64,000 nt of DNA, taken from Cloacibacterium sp. Its GTDB lineage: Bacteria; Bacteroidota; Bacteroidia; Flavobacteriales; Weeksellaceae. This document shows positions 19,353 to 28,760 of this stretch, piece by piece. The DNA lies in assembly GCF_047601505.1 (NCBI RefSeq), contig NZ_JASGJD010000001.1, positions 2,621,427 through 2,685,426 on the forward strand, in the 5' to 3' direction. The first letter of the stretch is position 1, and every line of letters starts with the position of its first letter. A program made the translations under genes and the position numbers. The notes beneath the pieces were generated by a model. That model saw only the letters and a program-made list of their open reading frames with translations. It was not told where the DNA came from and searched no databases.

Positions 19353-21269
19353 ATGAAGAAAAACCTCGTGTTTGCAAGTTTAATCCTTGTGGCGGGCGTA
19401 TCGCAAGTAAATGCACAAGAAAAAGAAGGAGAAATCCCTGAAATTACTATTGCTGCAAAAACTACTCAACAACTGTACAAAACCGGAAAAAACGTACAAC
19501 TTATTAGTTCTAAAGATTTAGAAAAGTACAAAGGACAAAACTTAAGCGAAGTTTTAGAACAAGTTTCAGGGTTTCAGATTACCGGAAATTTCAACAACAA
19601 TAGTGAGCCAAAAACCATGAGAATAAGAGGTGGTAAAATGGCTAATGTACTCATTTTAATAGATGGCGTTCCGTTCAAAGATGTTACAGGAAACGATTAT
19701 AACGCTGCAGACCTTAGACTTTTTGCTTCTGAAAACATCGAAAGTATAGAAATTTTAAGTGGAGCTTCTTCTGTTTTATACGGGTCTAATGCTACGGTTT
19801 CGGTTATAAATATCAAAACTAAGAAAATTTCTCAAAAAACAATTGAAGGAAGAATTGGAGCTAGAATTGGTAGCTTCGGAACTTTTTCTCAAAATGGTAT
19901 AGTTAACGGAAAAATTGACAAATTCACTTATCAAGTAAGTGCGTCTAACGAAAAATCTGACGGTATTTCTTCGGCTGAAGGACCAGATTCTTTTGACAAA
20001 GATGGCTACGAAAAACAAAATATCAATACTATTATTGGTGTACAATTAGGAAAAATAAATCTTAATTTCAATGGTGGTTATCAACATCATTTTTATGATT
20101 ATGACAATGACGCTTTTTCTGACGGAACTTACAGAAATAACGACGAGCAAATTTTTGGTGGACTAAACGCTAATTACCAATATAAAAATGGTAGTTTGGT
20201 TTTCAACAGCAGATTATCTTCCAATGATAGATTAACACAAGACCTTTCTGGAAAATCTTATCAAGATGTAAGAAAGTATAAAGGAAGAAATATTTTTACT
20301 GAATTATACAATCAATACAAAATTTCAGAAAACATCAGTTTTGTTGGAGGTATTCAATACGAAGTTCAGAATTTAGGTTCAAAAAATTTACCTTGGGGAG
20401 GAACTTCTATGGAAGATGTACAAGGTTTTGATAACACCAGAGTCTCTACTTTTGATACTTATCTTAATGCTAATTTGCAACTATCAGATTTTCATTTGGA
20501 TTTAGGCGGAAGATGGAATTATCATTCTAAATACAATAATCATTTCATTTACAGCGTTAATCCTTATTACCTTAAAACTTTAGATAACGTTTACTATAAA
20601 TTAGGATTCTCTGTAGCTTCAGCATATATTGCTCCTACATTGTATCAATCTTATGGTTCTTTACCTTATACATTGTCTAATTTTGATTTGAAACCAGAAA
20701 CCAATACTTCTTATGAAATTGATTTAAGCGTTGGTAAACCAGATCAAAGTTTGGTGGTAAACGCAACAGCATTTTTAAGAGAAGAAAAAGATGTTTTTGC
20801 TTACGAAACCGTAGATTTCGTTACTTATGCTGGTAGATTTTTCAATGTAAATAGAAACAACATAAGAGGTTTAGAATTTGGTTTAAAATATAAAATAAAC
20901 GAAATTTTCAACTTTGGAGGCAATTTCAGTTTTGCCGAAAAAAGCAATGTTGCAACTACTCTTAGAGCCCCAAAACAAAGAGCTAACGCTTATTTAGAAG
21001 TATTACCTTTCAAAAATAACAGAATTAATTTTTCGTATCAATATGTTGCTAAAAGAAGTGATGCATATTACGACAGCAGCACTTTTTCTACAAAAAATGT
21101 TGACTTAGATGCGTTTAATTTATTCAATATTAATATTAATCAAAAGTTTGGAAAAAACATAGAAGCATTTGCTAATGTCAGTAATTTATTTAATACCAGT
21201 TATGTAGATGTGGCAGGTTACAAAACCAAACCAAGAGCTTTCACTTTAGGAATTGATTACAAATTCTAA
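19353..21269 (+). CDS. btuB: TonB-dependent receptor, probable vitamin B12/corrinoid transporter
   Basis: 638 aa with a signal peptide, a plug domain and a barrel ending ...LGIDYKF. Its substrate is assigned only from the upstream cobalamin riboswitch. Confidence 0.8.
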   Translation: MKKNLVFASLILVAGVSQVNAQEKEGEIPEITIAAKTTQQLYKTGKNVQLISSKDLEKYKGQNLSEVLEQVSGFQITGNFNNNSEPKTMRIRGGKMANVLILIDGVPFKDVTGNDYNAADLRLFASENIESIEILSGASSVLYGSNATVSVINIKTKKISQKTIEGRIGARIGSFGTFSQNGIVNGKIDKFTYQVSASNEKSDGISSAEGPDSFDKDGYEKQNINTIIGVQLGKINLNFNGGYQHHFYDYDNDAFSDGTYRNNDEQIFGGLNANYQYKNGSLVFNSRLSSNDRLTQDLSGKSYQDVRKYKGRNIFTELYNQYKISENISFVGGIQYEVQNLGSKNLPWGGTSMEDVQGFDNTRVSTFDTYLNANLQLSDFHLDLGGRWNYHSKYNNHFIYSVNPYYLKTLDNVYYKLGFSVASAYIAPTLYQSYGSLPYTLSNFDLKPETNTSYEIDLSVGKPDQSLVVNATAFLREEKDVFAYETVDFVTYAGRFFNVNRNNIRGLEFGLKYKINEIFNFGGNFSFAEKSNVATTLRAPKQRANAYLEVLPFKNNRINFSYQYVAKRSDAYYDSSTFSTKNVDLDAFNLFNININQKFGKNIEAFANVSNLFNTSYVDVAGYKTKPRAFTLGIDYKF

Positions 21270-21296
21270 AGTATTTTCATCATTTGTGTTTGTGTT

Positions 21297-21334
21297 AAGC
21301 TTCAATAGGCAATTGTCTATTGAAGCTTTTTTTA
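21297..21334 (+). terminator. Rho-independent terminator of btuB
   Basis: aagcttcaatag-gcaattgt-ctattgaagcttttttt, a 12-bp perfect stem. Confidence 0.8.
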
Positions 21335-21339
21335 TGATT

Positions 21340-21384
21340 TTTTTTATAAAAAAGCCCAAAATATTATTTTTAATACTTTGGGCT
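21340..21384 (-). terminator. Rho-independent terminator of metE
   Basis: agcccaaaatatta/taatactttgggct stem with one mismatch, followed by a T run on the minus strand. Confidence 0.55.
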
Positions 21385-21407
21385 ATTTTCTAGATTTTTA
21401 GATTATT

Positions 21408-23738
21408 TTACAACCAATGATTTTGTAATTTATCTTGAGAAACAAAAAGAGCAGAAGCTTCTTTTGCTGCCTCCACCATTTCTTTTAAAGCTTTTTCGGT
21501 TTCTTCCCAATGTCTAGTTTTCAAGCCACAATCTGGATTTACCCACAATTGATGCGCCGGAATTACCTTTTCAGCTTTCAACAATAAATCTACCATTTCT
21601 GCCTTAGAAGGAACTCTTGGCGAATGAATATCATAAACTCCGGGTCCTATTTCGTTTGGATATTTAAAATCTCCAAAAGCATTTAGCAACTCCATTTGAG
21701 AGCGAGAGCATTCTATCGTGATAACATCAGCATCCATATCAGCAATATTTTGAATAATATCATTAAATTCAGAATAACACATGTGCGTATGAATTTGTGT
21801 AGCATCTTCTACTCCACTTGCCGAAATTCTAAAACTTTCTACTGCCCAATTTAGATAATTTTGCCAGTCAGATTTTCTAAGAGGCAAACCTTCTCTAATG
21901 GCAGGTTCGTCTATTTGGATAATTCTAATTCCCGCTTTTTCTAAATCATTCACTTCATCTCTTATGGCAAGAGCAATTTGTTTACATGTTGTAGAACGAG
22001 ATTGGTCATCTCTTACAAAAGACCATTGCAGAATAGTAACAGGACCTGTAAGCATTCCTTTCACCCATTTTTCTGTTAAAGATTGTGCATATTGAGACCA
22101 ATAAACCGTCATAGGATTAGGTCTGAAAACATCACCAAAAATAATTGGAGGCTTCACACAACGGCTTCCGTAACTTTGCACCCAACCATTTTTTGTAAAA
22201 ACAAAACCTTCTAATTGTTCGCCAAAATACTCTACCATGTCATTACGTTCAAATTCGCCATGAACCAAAACATCTATTCCTATTTCTTCTTGCCAACGAA
22301 TAGTTCTTTCGGTTTCTTTTTTAAGCAAAGTATCATATTCTTGAGCAGATAATTCTCCTTTTTTGAATTTTGCTCGCCAAGTTCTCACTTCTTTCGTTTG
22401 AGGAAAAGAACCAATAGTGGTAGTTGGAAAAAGAGGCAAATTCAGTATATTTTGTTGAGCATTTTTACGAATTCCGAAAGTGTTTTTTCTTTGAGAATCT
22501 TTTTCTGTAATTGCAGAAACTCTCTGTTTTACTTGTTGATTATGAATGAGAGAAGAATTATTTCTGCTTTCTACCGCTTTTTTATTTTCTTCAAAATCAT
22601 TCAAAAATTTTTCCTCTGGATTATCTTCTGATAATTCTTTTAAAGCGTTTACTTCATTCACTTTTTGTTTTGCAAAAGCCAACCAATTTTTAATTTCAGA
22701 ATGGAGTTGAGTTTCATTATCCAAATCACAAGGCGTGTGCAAAAGTGAACAAGAAGGAGCAATAAAAACTCTTTCAGAACCTATTTTTTCTTTTGCTTTT
22801 TGAATAAATTCCAGTGATTTTTCATAATTATTTTTCCAAATATTTCTACCATCTACAACTCCTAAAGAAATACTAAGACGCTCTGGAATCACATTTAAAA
22901 CCTCATCTAATTGTTCTGGATTTCTCACCAAATCAACGTGTAAAACATCCACAGAAAGCTGAGTTGCTAAAGCTAAATTGTCTTTCAATCCTTCAAAATA
23001 GGTAGTCAAAATAAATTTAAGCTTTGGAAACTTTTCTTTAATTTGCTTATAAACAAATTGATACGTTTCTTTTGCTTTTTCAGACAAATCTAAAGCTAAA
23101 AAAGGCTCATCAAACTGAATATATTCTGCTCCTTGTTCTTGAAGTTTTTCTAAAATTTCAAAATAAACAGGCAACAAAGCATTTGCTAAATCTAATTTAT
23201 CAAAACCTTCTTCTTTTTCTTTTCCTAATAACAAATACGTTACCAAACCAATGATAACTGGTTTCGCATTAATCCCAGAATTTTTTGCTTCTTCAAATTC
23301 ATTAAAAATTTTAGAAGAATTAAGCTTGAAGACTTGATTTTTATAAAACTCTGGCACTATGTAATGATAATTGGTATCGAACCATTTCGTCATTTCCATG
23401 GCGGTAATGTCTAGACCCTCTTTTTGATAGCCTCTTGCCATTGCAAAATACAAATCCAATTCAGATTTTGTAGTATCTTCTGCAATAGGATTATACCTTT
23501 TAGGAATTGCTCCAAGTGTAAGAGATAAATCTAAAACTTGGTCGTAAAAAGAAAAATCGTTGCAAGGAATTAAATCTATTCCTGCTTCTTTTTGAATATT
23601 CCAATTCTGTTTACAAATTTCTTTTCCTGTTTTTAGAAGTTCGTCTAAAACAATTTTGCCCGTCCAATATTGCTCGCAGGCTTTTTTGAGTTCTCTGTTG
23701 CTACCAATACGCGGATAGCCTAGAAGGTGCGTTTGCAT
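21408..23738 (-). CDS. metE: Cobalamin-independent methionine synthase (5-methyltetrahydropteroyltriglutamate--homocysteine S-methyltransferase)
   Basis: Two Meth_synt domains. MQTHLLGYPRIG matches the canonical N-terminus, so I prefer the start at 23738 over the ORF-track 23768. Zn-ligand region ...HMCYSEF... and ...PDCGLKTR. Confidence 0.95.
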   Translation of the reverse strand: MQTHLLGYPRIGSNRELKKACEQYWTGKIVLDELLKTGKEICKQNWNIQKEAGIDLIPCNDFSFYDQVLDLSLTLGAIPKRYNPIAEDTTKSELDLYFAMARGYQKEGLDITAMEMTKWFDTNYHYIVPEFYKNQVFKLNSSKIFNEFEEAKNSGINAKPVIIGLVTYLLLGKEKEEGFDKLDLANALLPVYFEILEKLQEQGAEYIQFDEPFLALDLSEKAKETYQFVYKQIKEKFPKLKFILTTYFEGLKDNLALATQLSVDVLHVDLVRNPEQLDEVLNVIPERLSISLGVVDGRNIWKNNYEKSLEFIQKAKEKIGSERVFIAPSCSLLHTPCDLDNETQLHSEIKNWLAFAKQKVNEVNALKELSEDNPEEKFLNDFEENKKAVESRNNSSLIHNQQVKQRVSAITEKDSQRKNTFGIRKNAQQNILNLPLFPTTTIGSFPQTKEVRTWRAKFKKGELSAQEYDTLLKKETERTIRWQEEIGIDVLVHGEFERNDMVEYFGEQLEGFVFTKNGWVQSYGSRCVKPPIIFGDVFRPNPMTVYWSQYAQSLTEKWVKGMLTGPVTILQWSFVRDDQSRSTTCKQIALAIRDEVNDLEKAGIRIIQIDEPAIREGLPLRKSDWQNYLNWAVESFRISASGVEDATQIHTHMCYSEFNDIIQNIADMDADVITIECSRSQMELLNAFGDFKYPNEIGPGVYDIHSPRVPSKAEMVDLLLKAEKVIPAHQLWVNPDCGLKTRHWEETEKALKEMVEAAKEASALFVSQDKLQNHWL

Positions 23739-23924
23739 TTTCTTAAAAACTTTTAAATAATTAAACAATAATTTTAAAAGCTCTTTAGATGCTTCGCAAT
23801 GTTACACGATAAAGATTTTCTGGAAAAATAATGACACACCAAAAAGACACAATTTCCCTAAGAAAAAAGTGTGATGCATCATCTGTAAGACCGAAAGCTT
23901 CATACCGCGAAAGCATTGTCCAAT

Positions 23925-24075
23925 CAAAAAAGGCAGGTCTCCTGACTTGTAACAATTTTCATCGTCCTTCCCATTTATAAAAAACAGTGGACCTATAAAT
24001 TGACAAAAATCTTTTTGCGTTACTTACAGTTGCGCGACAGCTCGTGATTTGCACACGATTCCCTATTAATCTACG
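23925..24075 (-). promoter_or_regulatory. Cobalamin (B12) riboswitch upstream of metE
   Basis: The reverse complement reads aatagggaatcgtgtgcaaatcacgagctgtcgcgcaactgtaag ... ccactg ... gggaagg ... agtcaggagacctgcc (B12 box at 23931..23946). Confidence 0.88.
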
Positions 24076-24129
24076 TTAAGTAAAACCTTTTCCGTTTGAT
24101 GAAGTATATTAAAGAACTATTTCGAAGGG

Positions 24130-24137
24130 CAAATATA
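24130..24137 (-). promoter_or_regulatory. -7 promoter box (TAnnTTTG) for the metE leader
   Basis: The minus strand reads tatatttg, about 55 nt upstream of the riboswitch core and 25 nt after the nrdG stop. Confidence 0.4.
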
Positions 24138-24161
24138 GAAATTAAATTTGGTCTTTATTCT

Positions 24162-24677
24162 TCAAAAAAGAAAAGGATTTTTCCATTCTACCATTTTATT
24201 TGTTTTCAAAGATTCCTTAACATTAATAATTCTTTGGTTGCTGCTTCCAACAAATGGCAGATTAGCAACTTTCTTTTTCTCGATAAATTGTCCATCTACC
24301 AAAACATCAATATAAGGAAGAATAGCTGATAATATGGGATTTCTGAGTATTTTTTGAAACGTAAAACCCGTGTAACACCAAATATTTTTTTGGGTTTCTG
24401 ATTTTATTCTTCGGGCTAATTCTGTAAAAGCTTCAGGCTGAAAAAGTGGGTCTCCTCCAGAAAAAGAAACCTGAGCAAGAAAATTACGTTCAATAATTTT
24501 CAAAATTTCATCAATATCCATCCATTTTCCGTTAGAAATATCCCAAGATTCTGGGTTATGACAACCTTTGCAGCCATGTTCGCAACCTGCAGCATAAATA
24601 GACGTTCTGAAACCTGGTCCATCAACCGTAGTATCTTCTACAATTTTGAGAACAGATATTTTATTGGTGAACAACAC
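24162..24677 (-). CDS. nrdG: Anaerobic ribonucleoside-triphosphate reductase activating protein (radical SAM)
   Basis: 171 aa with DGPGFRTSIYAAGCEHGCKGCHN, an NrdG-type CxxxCxxC cluster. It overlaps the nrdD 3' end by 17 nt. Confidence 0.92.
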   Translation of the reverse strand: MLFTNKISVLKIVEDTTVDGPGFRTSIYAAGCEHGCKGCHNPESWDISNGKWMDIDEILKIIERNFLAQVSFSGGDPLFQPEAFTELARRIKSETQKNIWCYTGFTFQKILRNPILSAILPYIDVLVDGQFIEKKKVANLPFVGSSNQRIINVKESLKTNKMVEWKNPFLF

Positions 24678-26868
24678 GGTCTTTTAATTCTGCTAATTTT
24701 GAGCCGTTCCAACGGTTGGTAGTTCCTACTAAATATCCTGTAATTCTTTGCAAGCAATCAATATCTTCGCTGCCACAAGAAGGGCATTTTTCTAGATGTT
24801 CTTCGGCGTTTTCAAAACCACAATCCATACATCTGTTTCTATTGTGATTTACTGAAACATATCCCATTGCTAATCTATCCATTAGATCCACCACATTCAT
24901 AATAGATTCAGGATTGTGTGTTGCATCTCCATCTATTTCTACATAAAAAATATGTCCGCCTCTTGTTAAATTATGGTAAGGAGCTTCCACTTTTGCTTTG
25001 TGATGAGCGCTGCATTTGTAATAAACCGGAACGTGATTAGAATTGGTGTAATACTCTTTGTCTGTAACGCCAGCAATTTCGCCAAAATCTTTTTTGTCTT
25101 TTTTGGTAAATTTCCCCGAAAGTCCTTCCGCCGGAGTTGCCAAAACACTAAAATTAAGCCCAGTTTCTTCTGCAAAACCAGTTACTTTATCTCGAATGTA
25201 AGTAATAATTTTTAATCCTAATTCTTGAGATTCTTCACTTTCGCCGTGGTGTTTTCCTGTTAAAGCGACCAAAGCTTCTGCCAAACCAATAAAACCAACT
25301 CCTAAAGTACCTTGTTTTATCACTTTTTCAATGCTATCGTTGGTTTGTAAACTTTCGCTATTGTTCCATAAAACCGACATCAACAAAGGAAATTGTTTTG
25401 CTTCGGCAGTTTTTTGAAAATCGAACCTGTTTTTCAATTGTTCTGCTGTAAGGTCTAAAACATGATTCAATTTTTCAAAATATTTTTCAATTCTCACATT
25501 TTTATCTTCATTTTGCATTAATTCAATAGCAATTCTTACCAAATTAATGGTAGAAAAAGACAAATTACCTCGTCCCACAGAAGTTTTTTCTCCATTTCTA
25601 TTTTCAAAAACACGAGTTCGGCAGCCCATTGTTGCTACTTCATACTGAAATCTTTCCGGGTCTTTTGCATTCCATTTTTCATGTTGATTAAAAGGTGCAT
25701 CCAAATTCAAAAAATTCGGAAAAAATCTTTTAGCACTTACTTTACACGCATATTGATACAAATCGTAATTAGCATCATCAGGATGGTAATTTACACCTCT
25801 TTTTTTCTTCCAAATTTGAATTGGGAAAATAGCAGTTCCACCGTTACCAACGCCTTCGTAAGTAGATGTAAGAAGCTCTCTTATGACACATCTTCCTTCT
25901 GCTGAAGTATCTGTACCATAATTTACAGAGCTGAAAACTACCTGATTGCCACCTCTGGAATGAATGGTATTCATGTTATGTATAAAAGCTTCCATAGATT
26001 GATGTACACGGCGAACTGTCATATTGATGGCGTGTTGCAAAACTCTTTCCTCGCCTTTGAGAGGAGACAAATCTTGATGTACAAAATCTTTAATTTCAGC
26101 ATGATAGAGATGCGTGTAATCTTCTCCACTTAGGTTTTCTATTTCTTTAATTTCTTCGATGAAACTTTTTCTAACGTAAGGCGCTAAATAAAAATCGAAA
26201 GCAGGGATTGCCTGTCCACCGTGCATTTCGTTTTGAGCAGTTTCTAAAGATATGCAAGCCAGCATAGAAGCGGTTTCTATTCTTTTGGCAGGTCTAGATT
26301 CGCCGTGACCAGCAAGAAATCCGTTTTTTAGAATTTTATCTAACGGATGCTGCACACAAGTTAAACTTTTAGTAGGATAATAATCTTTATCGTGAATATG
26401 AATGTAATTATTTCTTACGGCATCTTTTATTTCTTCGTTTATCAAATAATCATCTACGAAAGGTTTTGTAGTTTCGCTGGCAAATTTCATCATCATTCCC
26501 GCAGGCGTGTCTGCATTCATGTTGGCATTTTCGCGAGTAACTTCATTAGCTTTGGTTTCAATGATTTCTAGAAAAATATCTTTAGTTTTTGCCTTTCTGG
26601 CAATGCTTCTTTGATCTCTGTAAGCAATATATTTTTTAGCAACTTCTTTTCTGGTACTTTTCATCAATTCCATTTCTACCATGTCCTGAATTTCTTCTAC
26701 AGACATTTGCGAACTTCCTTTACAAGTAATAAAATCGGTAATTCTTTTTATAAGAGCGGCATCTTCTCCTTTATCCGTATGAAGCATTGCTTTTCTAATA
26801 GCCGCCATTATTTTATCTTCATTAAAACCTACGATACGCCCGTCCCTTTTTATTACTGTTTGAATCAT
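24661..26868 (-). CDS. nrdD: Anaerobic ribonucleoside-triphosphate reductase (class III RNR)
   Basis: 735 aa with an N-terminal ATP-cone (VIKRDGRIVGFNEDKI), a C-terminal Zn ribbon CMDCG...CPSCG, and the glycyl-radical motif RITGYLV. Confidence 0.95.
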   Translation of the reverse strand: MIQTVIKRDGRIVGFNEDKIMAAIRKAMLHTDKGEDAALIKRITDFITCKGSSQMSVEEIQDMVEMELMKSTRKEVAKKYIAYRDQRSIARKAKTKDIFLEIIETKANEVTRENANMNADTPAGMMMKFASETTKPFVDDYLINEEIKDAVRNNYIHIHDKDYYPTKSLTCVQHPLDKILKNGFLAGHGESRPAKRIETASMLACISLETAQNEMHGGQAIPAFDFYLAPYVRKSFIEEIKEIENLSGEDYTHLYHAEIKDFVHQDLSPLKGEERVLQHAINMTVRRVHQSMEAFIHNMNTIHSRGGNQVVFSSVNYGTDTSAEGRCVIRELLTSTYEGVGNGGTAIFPIQIWKKKRGVNYHPDDANYDLYQYACKVSAKRFFPNFLNLDAPFNQHEKWNAKDPERFQYEVATMGCRTRVFENRNGEKTSVGRGNLSFSTINLVRIAIELMQNEDKNVRIEKYFEKLNHVLDLTAEQLKNRFDFQKTAEAKQFPLLMSVLWNNSESLQTNDSIEKVIKQGTLGVGFIGLAEALVALTGKHHGESEESQELGLKIITYIRDKVTGFAEETGLNFSVLATPAEGLSGKFTKKDKKDFGEIAGVTDKEYYTNSNHVPVYYKCSAHHKAKVEAPYHNLTRGGHIFYVEIDGDATHNPESIMNVVDLMDRLAMGYVSVNHNRNRCMDCGFENAEEHLEKCPSCGSEDIDCLQRITGYLVGTTNRWNGSKLAELKDRVVHQ

Positions 26869-27169
26869 GATTAAGATGTTTTTTAAGGTAAATTCTAGAA
26901 TAAGAAATGAAAATTCCGCATCATTACTGATGAAAAATATCCAATGATATTTTCACAAAAATAAAAGATAATAGAAACTATTTTAGACTAAATGAGCATG
27001 ATAAATTTCATGAAAACAACATTTATCAATTAACAAAAAGAAAATCAAGAAAATAAAAAGGAACAATAATTTAAAAATAAATTTTCACAAAAAAACAAGG
27101 AAAAATTTAATCAATTTTTTAGTATTGAGAATCATTAAAAATAAAACACTTTATTGATTGTCAGAAACT

Positions 27170-28123
27170 TTACAAAACATCAGGATGATATTCTTCAATT
27201 TCTTTTTTCAGCTCGTCTGCCAAGAGTTTTTCTATTCTCAATTTTCTGATAGCAAGATTTAATTCGTTCCCTAAAAGCAAAAGAACTACATTAAAATTAA
27301 CCCAAATCATCAATAGTATTATAGAACCAATAGAACCATACAAAACGTTATATTTGGCAATTTTGCTTACATAAAAAGCGAAAAAATAAGTAGTGATAAT
27401 AAATAAAACTGTAGAAAAAACGGCACCCGGAATTGCATATCTAAATCTGGTAATTCTGGCGGTTCCAATCCAATAAAAAAGGGCTAAAAGAAAAAAATAA
27501 AACAATGGAAAAGAGATAAATCCAATAATTTTGGTAAGATTTTCTACGAGCCAACTAATGTCATACTCTGGCGTGAAAAGTTTCAACACCACTTCAGAAT
27601 AATAAATTCCCAATAATGAAAGAAAAATAATGCTGATAAAACCAATAGTAATAAAAAAAGAAGTAATGTATTCTTTCACATCGCTTTTCTTTTCTTCAGT
27701 ATGTTCATTAAATCCGTTAATTAAAGAAAAAGTACCATTTGTTGCGAAAATAAGAGCAAAAACAATAGAAAAATTGCTAATACTCTTCATATTTGGGATA
27801 ATATTGTTTTGAATATAATTAGAAACATCTGACTGCATGTGCGCCGGAAAAACCTTATGCATCATTACATCAAAAATATAAAATTGAAGCTTATCATAAT
27901 GTGGCAAATAAGGCAAAACGGAAAGCAAAAAGAGAATAAAAGGAAACAAACTAAGAAAAAAACTCCAAGAAATGGCTGCTGCTTGCCTCAGAATCTTATT
28001 CCTGAAAATACCTTCACCGTAGATTTCGAACATTTTCCAGAGAGAAATCCCTAAAATAGGGATGTGCAATGCATCTAGAAAACGATGAATTTTTAAGATA
28101 AAAGTAGGTGTTTTGAAACGCAT
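27170..28123 (-). CDS. YihY/BrkB (virulence factor BrkB / 'RNase BN-like') family membrane protein
   Basis: Polytopic, about 317 aa, with a typical YihY layout (AAAISWSFFLSLFP..., ...YGSIGSIILLMIWVNF...). I prefer the start MRFKTP (28123). Confidence 0.85.
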   Translation of the reverse strand: MRFKTPTFILKIHRFLDALHIPILGISLWKMFEIYGEGIFRNKILRQAAAISWSFFLSLFPFILFLLSVLPYLPHYDKLQFYIFDVMMHKVFPAHMQSDVSNYIQNNIIPNMKSISNFSIVFALIFATNGTFSLINGFNEHTEEKKSDVKEYITSFFITIGFISIIFLSLLGIYYSEVVLKLFTPEYDISWLVENLTKIIGFISFPLFYFFLLALFYWIGTARITRFRYAIPGAVFSTVLFIITTYFFAFYVSKIAKYNVLYGSIGSIILLMIWVNFNVVLLLLGNELNLAIRKLRIEKLLADELKKEIEEYHPDVL

Positions 28124-28128
28124 TATTT

Positions 28129-28136
28129 TATATTTG
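28129..28136 (+). promoter_or_regulatory. -7 promoter box (TAnnTTTG), candidate rlmH promoter
   Basis: tatatttg on the + strand, about 105 nt upstream of the rlmH ATG, in the divergent spacer. Confidence 0.3.
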
Positions 28137-28240
28137 CAATACACAAACTTACATAATTTTTTTATTTTAGGTTTTATATCAAATCAAAAAAAACATTACT
28201 ATTATTCCATTTTGTTAATTTTTATCTTACAAAATTTTAC

Positions 28241-28714
28241 ATGAAAATAAATCTACTTTGCATAGGAAAAACAGACGACAAGAAAATTGCCGAACTTATT
28301 TCTTACTACATCATCAGAATGCCAAAACATTGGAATTTTGAAATGACAGAAATTCCCGATGCCAAAAATGCGAGAAATCTAAGCGTAGATTTACTAAAAA
28401 AAGAAGAAGCAAAACTGTTTTTCAATCAGATAGAAAACACAGATATTGTAGTACTTTTAGACGAAAAAGGAAAAGAATTTACCAGCCGAGAATTTGCCCA
28501 AAAACTTAACAATTGGCAGAATAATTCCATTAAAAGAATTTGTTTTTTGGTAGGTGGAGCTTACGGTTTTTCTGAGGAAATATACAACAGAGCCAACGAA
28601 AAATTATCTCTTTCTAAAATGACTTTCACACATCAGATGATTCGTCTTTTCTTTGTAGAACAAATTTATAGAGCAGACCAAATTCTGCAAGGAAAACCTT
28701 ATCACAACGATTAA
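28241..28714 (+). CDS. rlmH: 23S rRNA (pseudouridine1915-N3)-methyltransferase
   Basis: 157 aa SPOUT family: MKINLLCIGKT...LVGGAYGFS...LSLSKMTFTHQM. Confidence 0.92.
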   Translation: MKINLLCIGKTDDKKIAELISYYIIRMPKHWNFEMTEIPDAKNARNLSVDLLKKEEAKLFFNQIENTDIVVLLDEKGKEFTSREFAQKLNNWQNNSIKRICFLVGGAYGFSEEIYNRANEKLSLSKMTFTHQMIRLFFVEQIYRADQILQGKPYHND

Positions 28715-28748
28715 AAAAAAAGAGTCAGACTTATAAAAAATCTGACTC
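28713..28748 (-). terminator. Terminator of hisS (hairpin also closes rlmH)
   Basis: gagtcaga-N11-tctgactc, followed on the minus strand by T9. Confidence 0.55.
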
Positions 28749-28760
28749 AAAAATATATTG

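Noticed and set aside
24096-24329. 77-aa + strand ORF
   Set aside because: It overlaps the nrdG 3' end in antisense, and its 5' part covers the metE promoter region.
26869-27169. Possible third B12 riboswitch or NrdR boxes upstream of nrdD
   Set aside because: There is no B12 box (agtcaggagacctgcc-like) or aptamer core on either strand, and I could recognise no NrdR-type palindromes. Only the weak duplicated 13-mer was found, reported separately.
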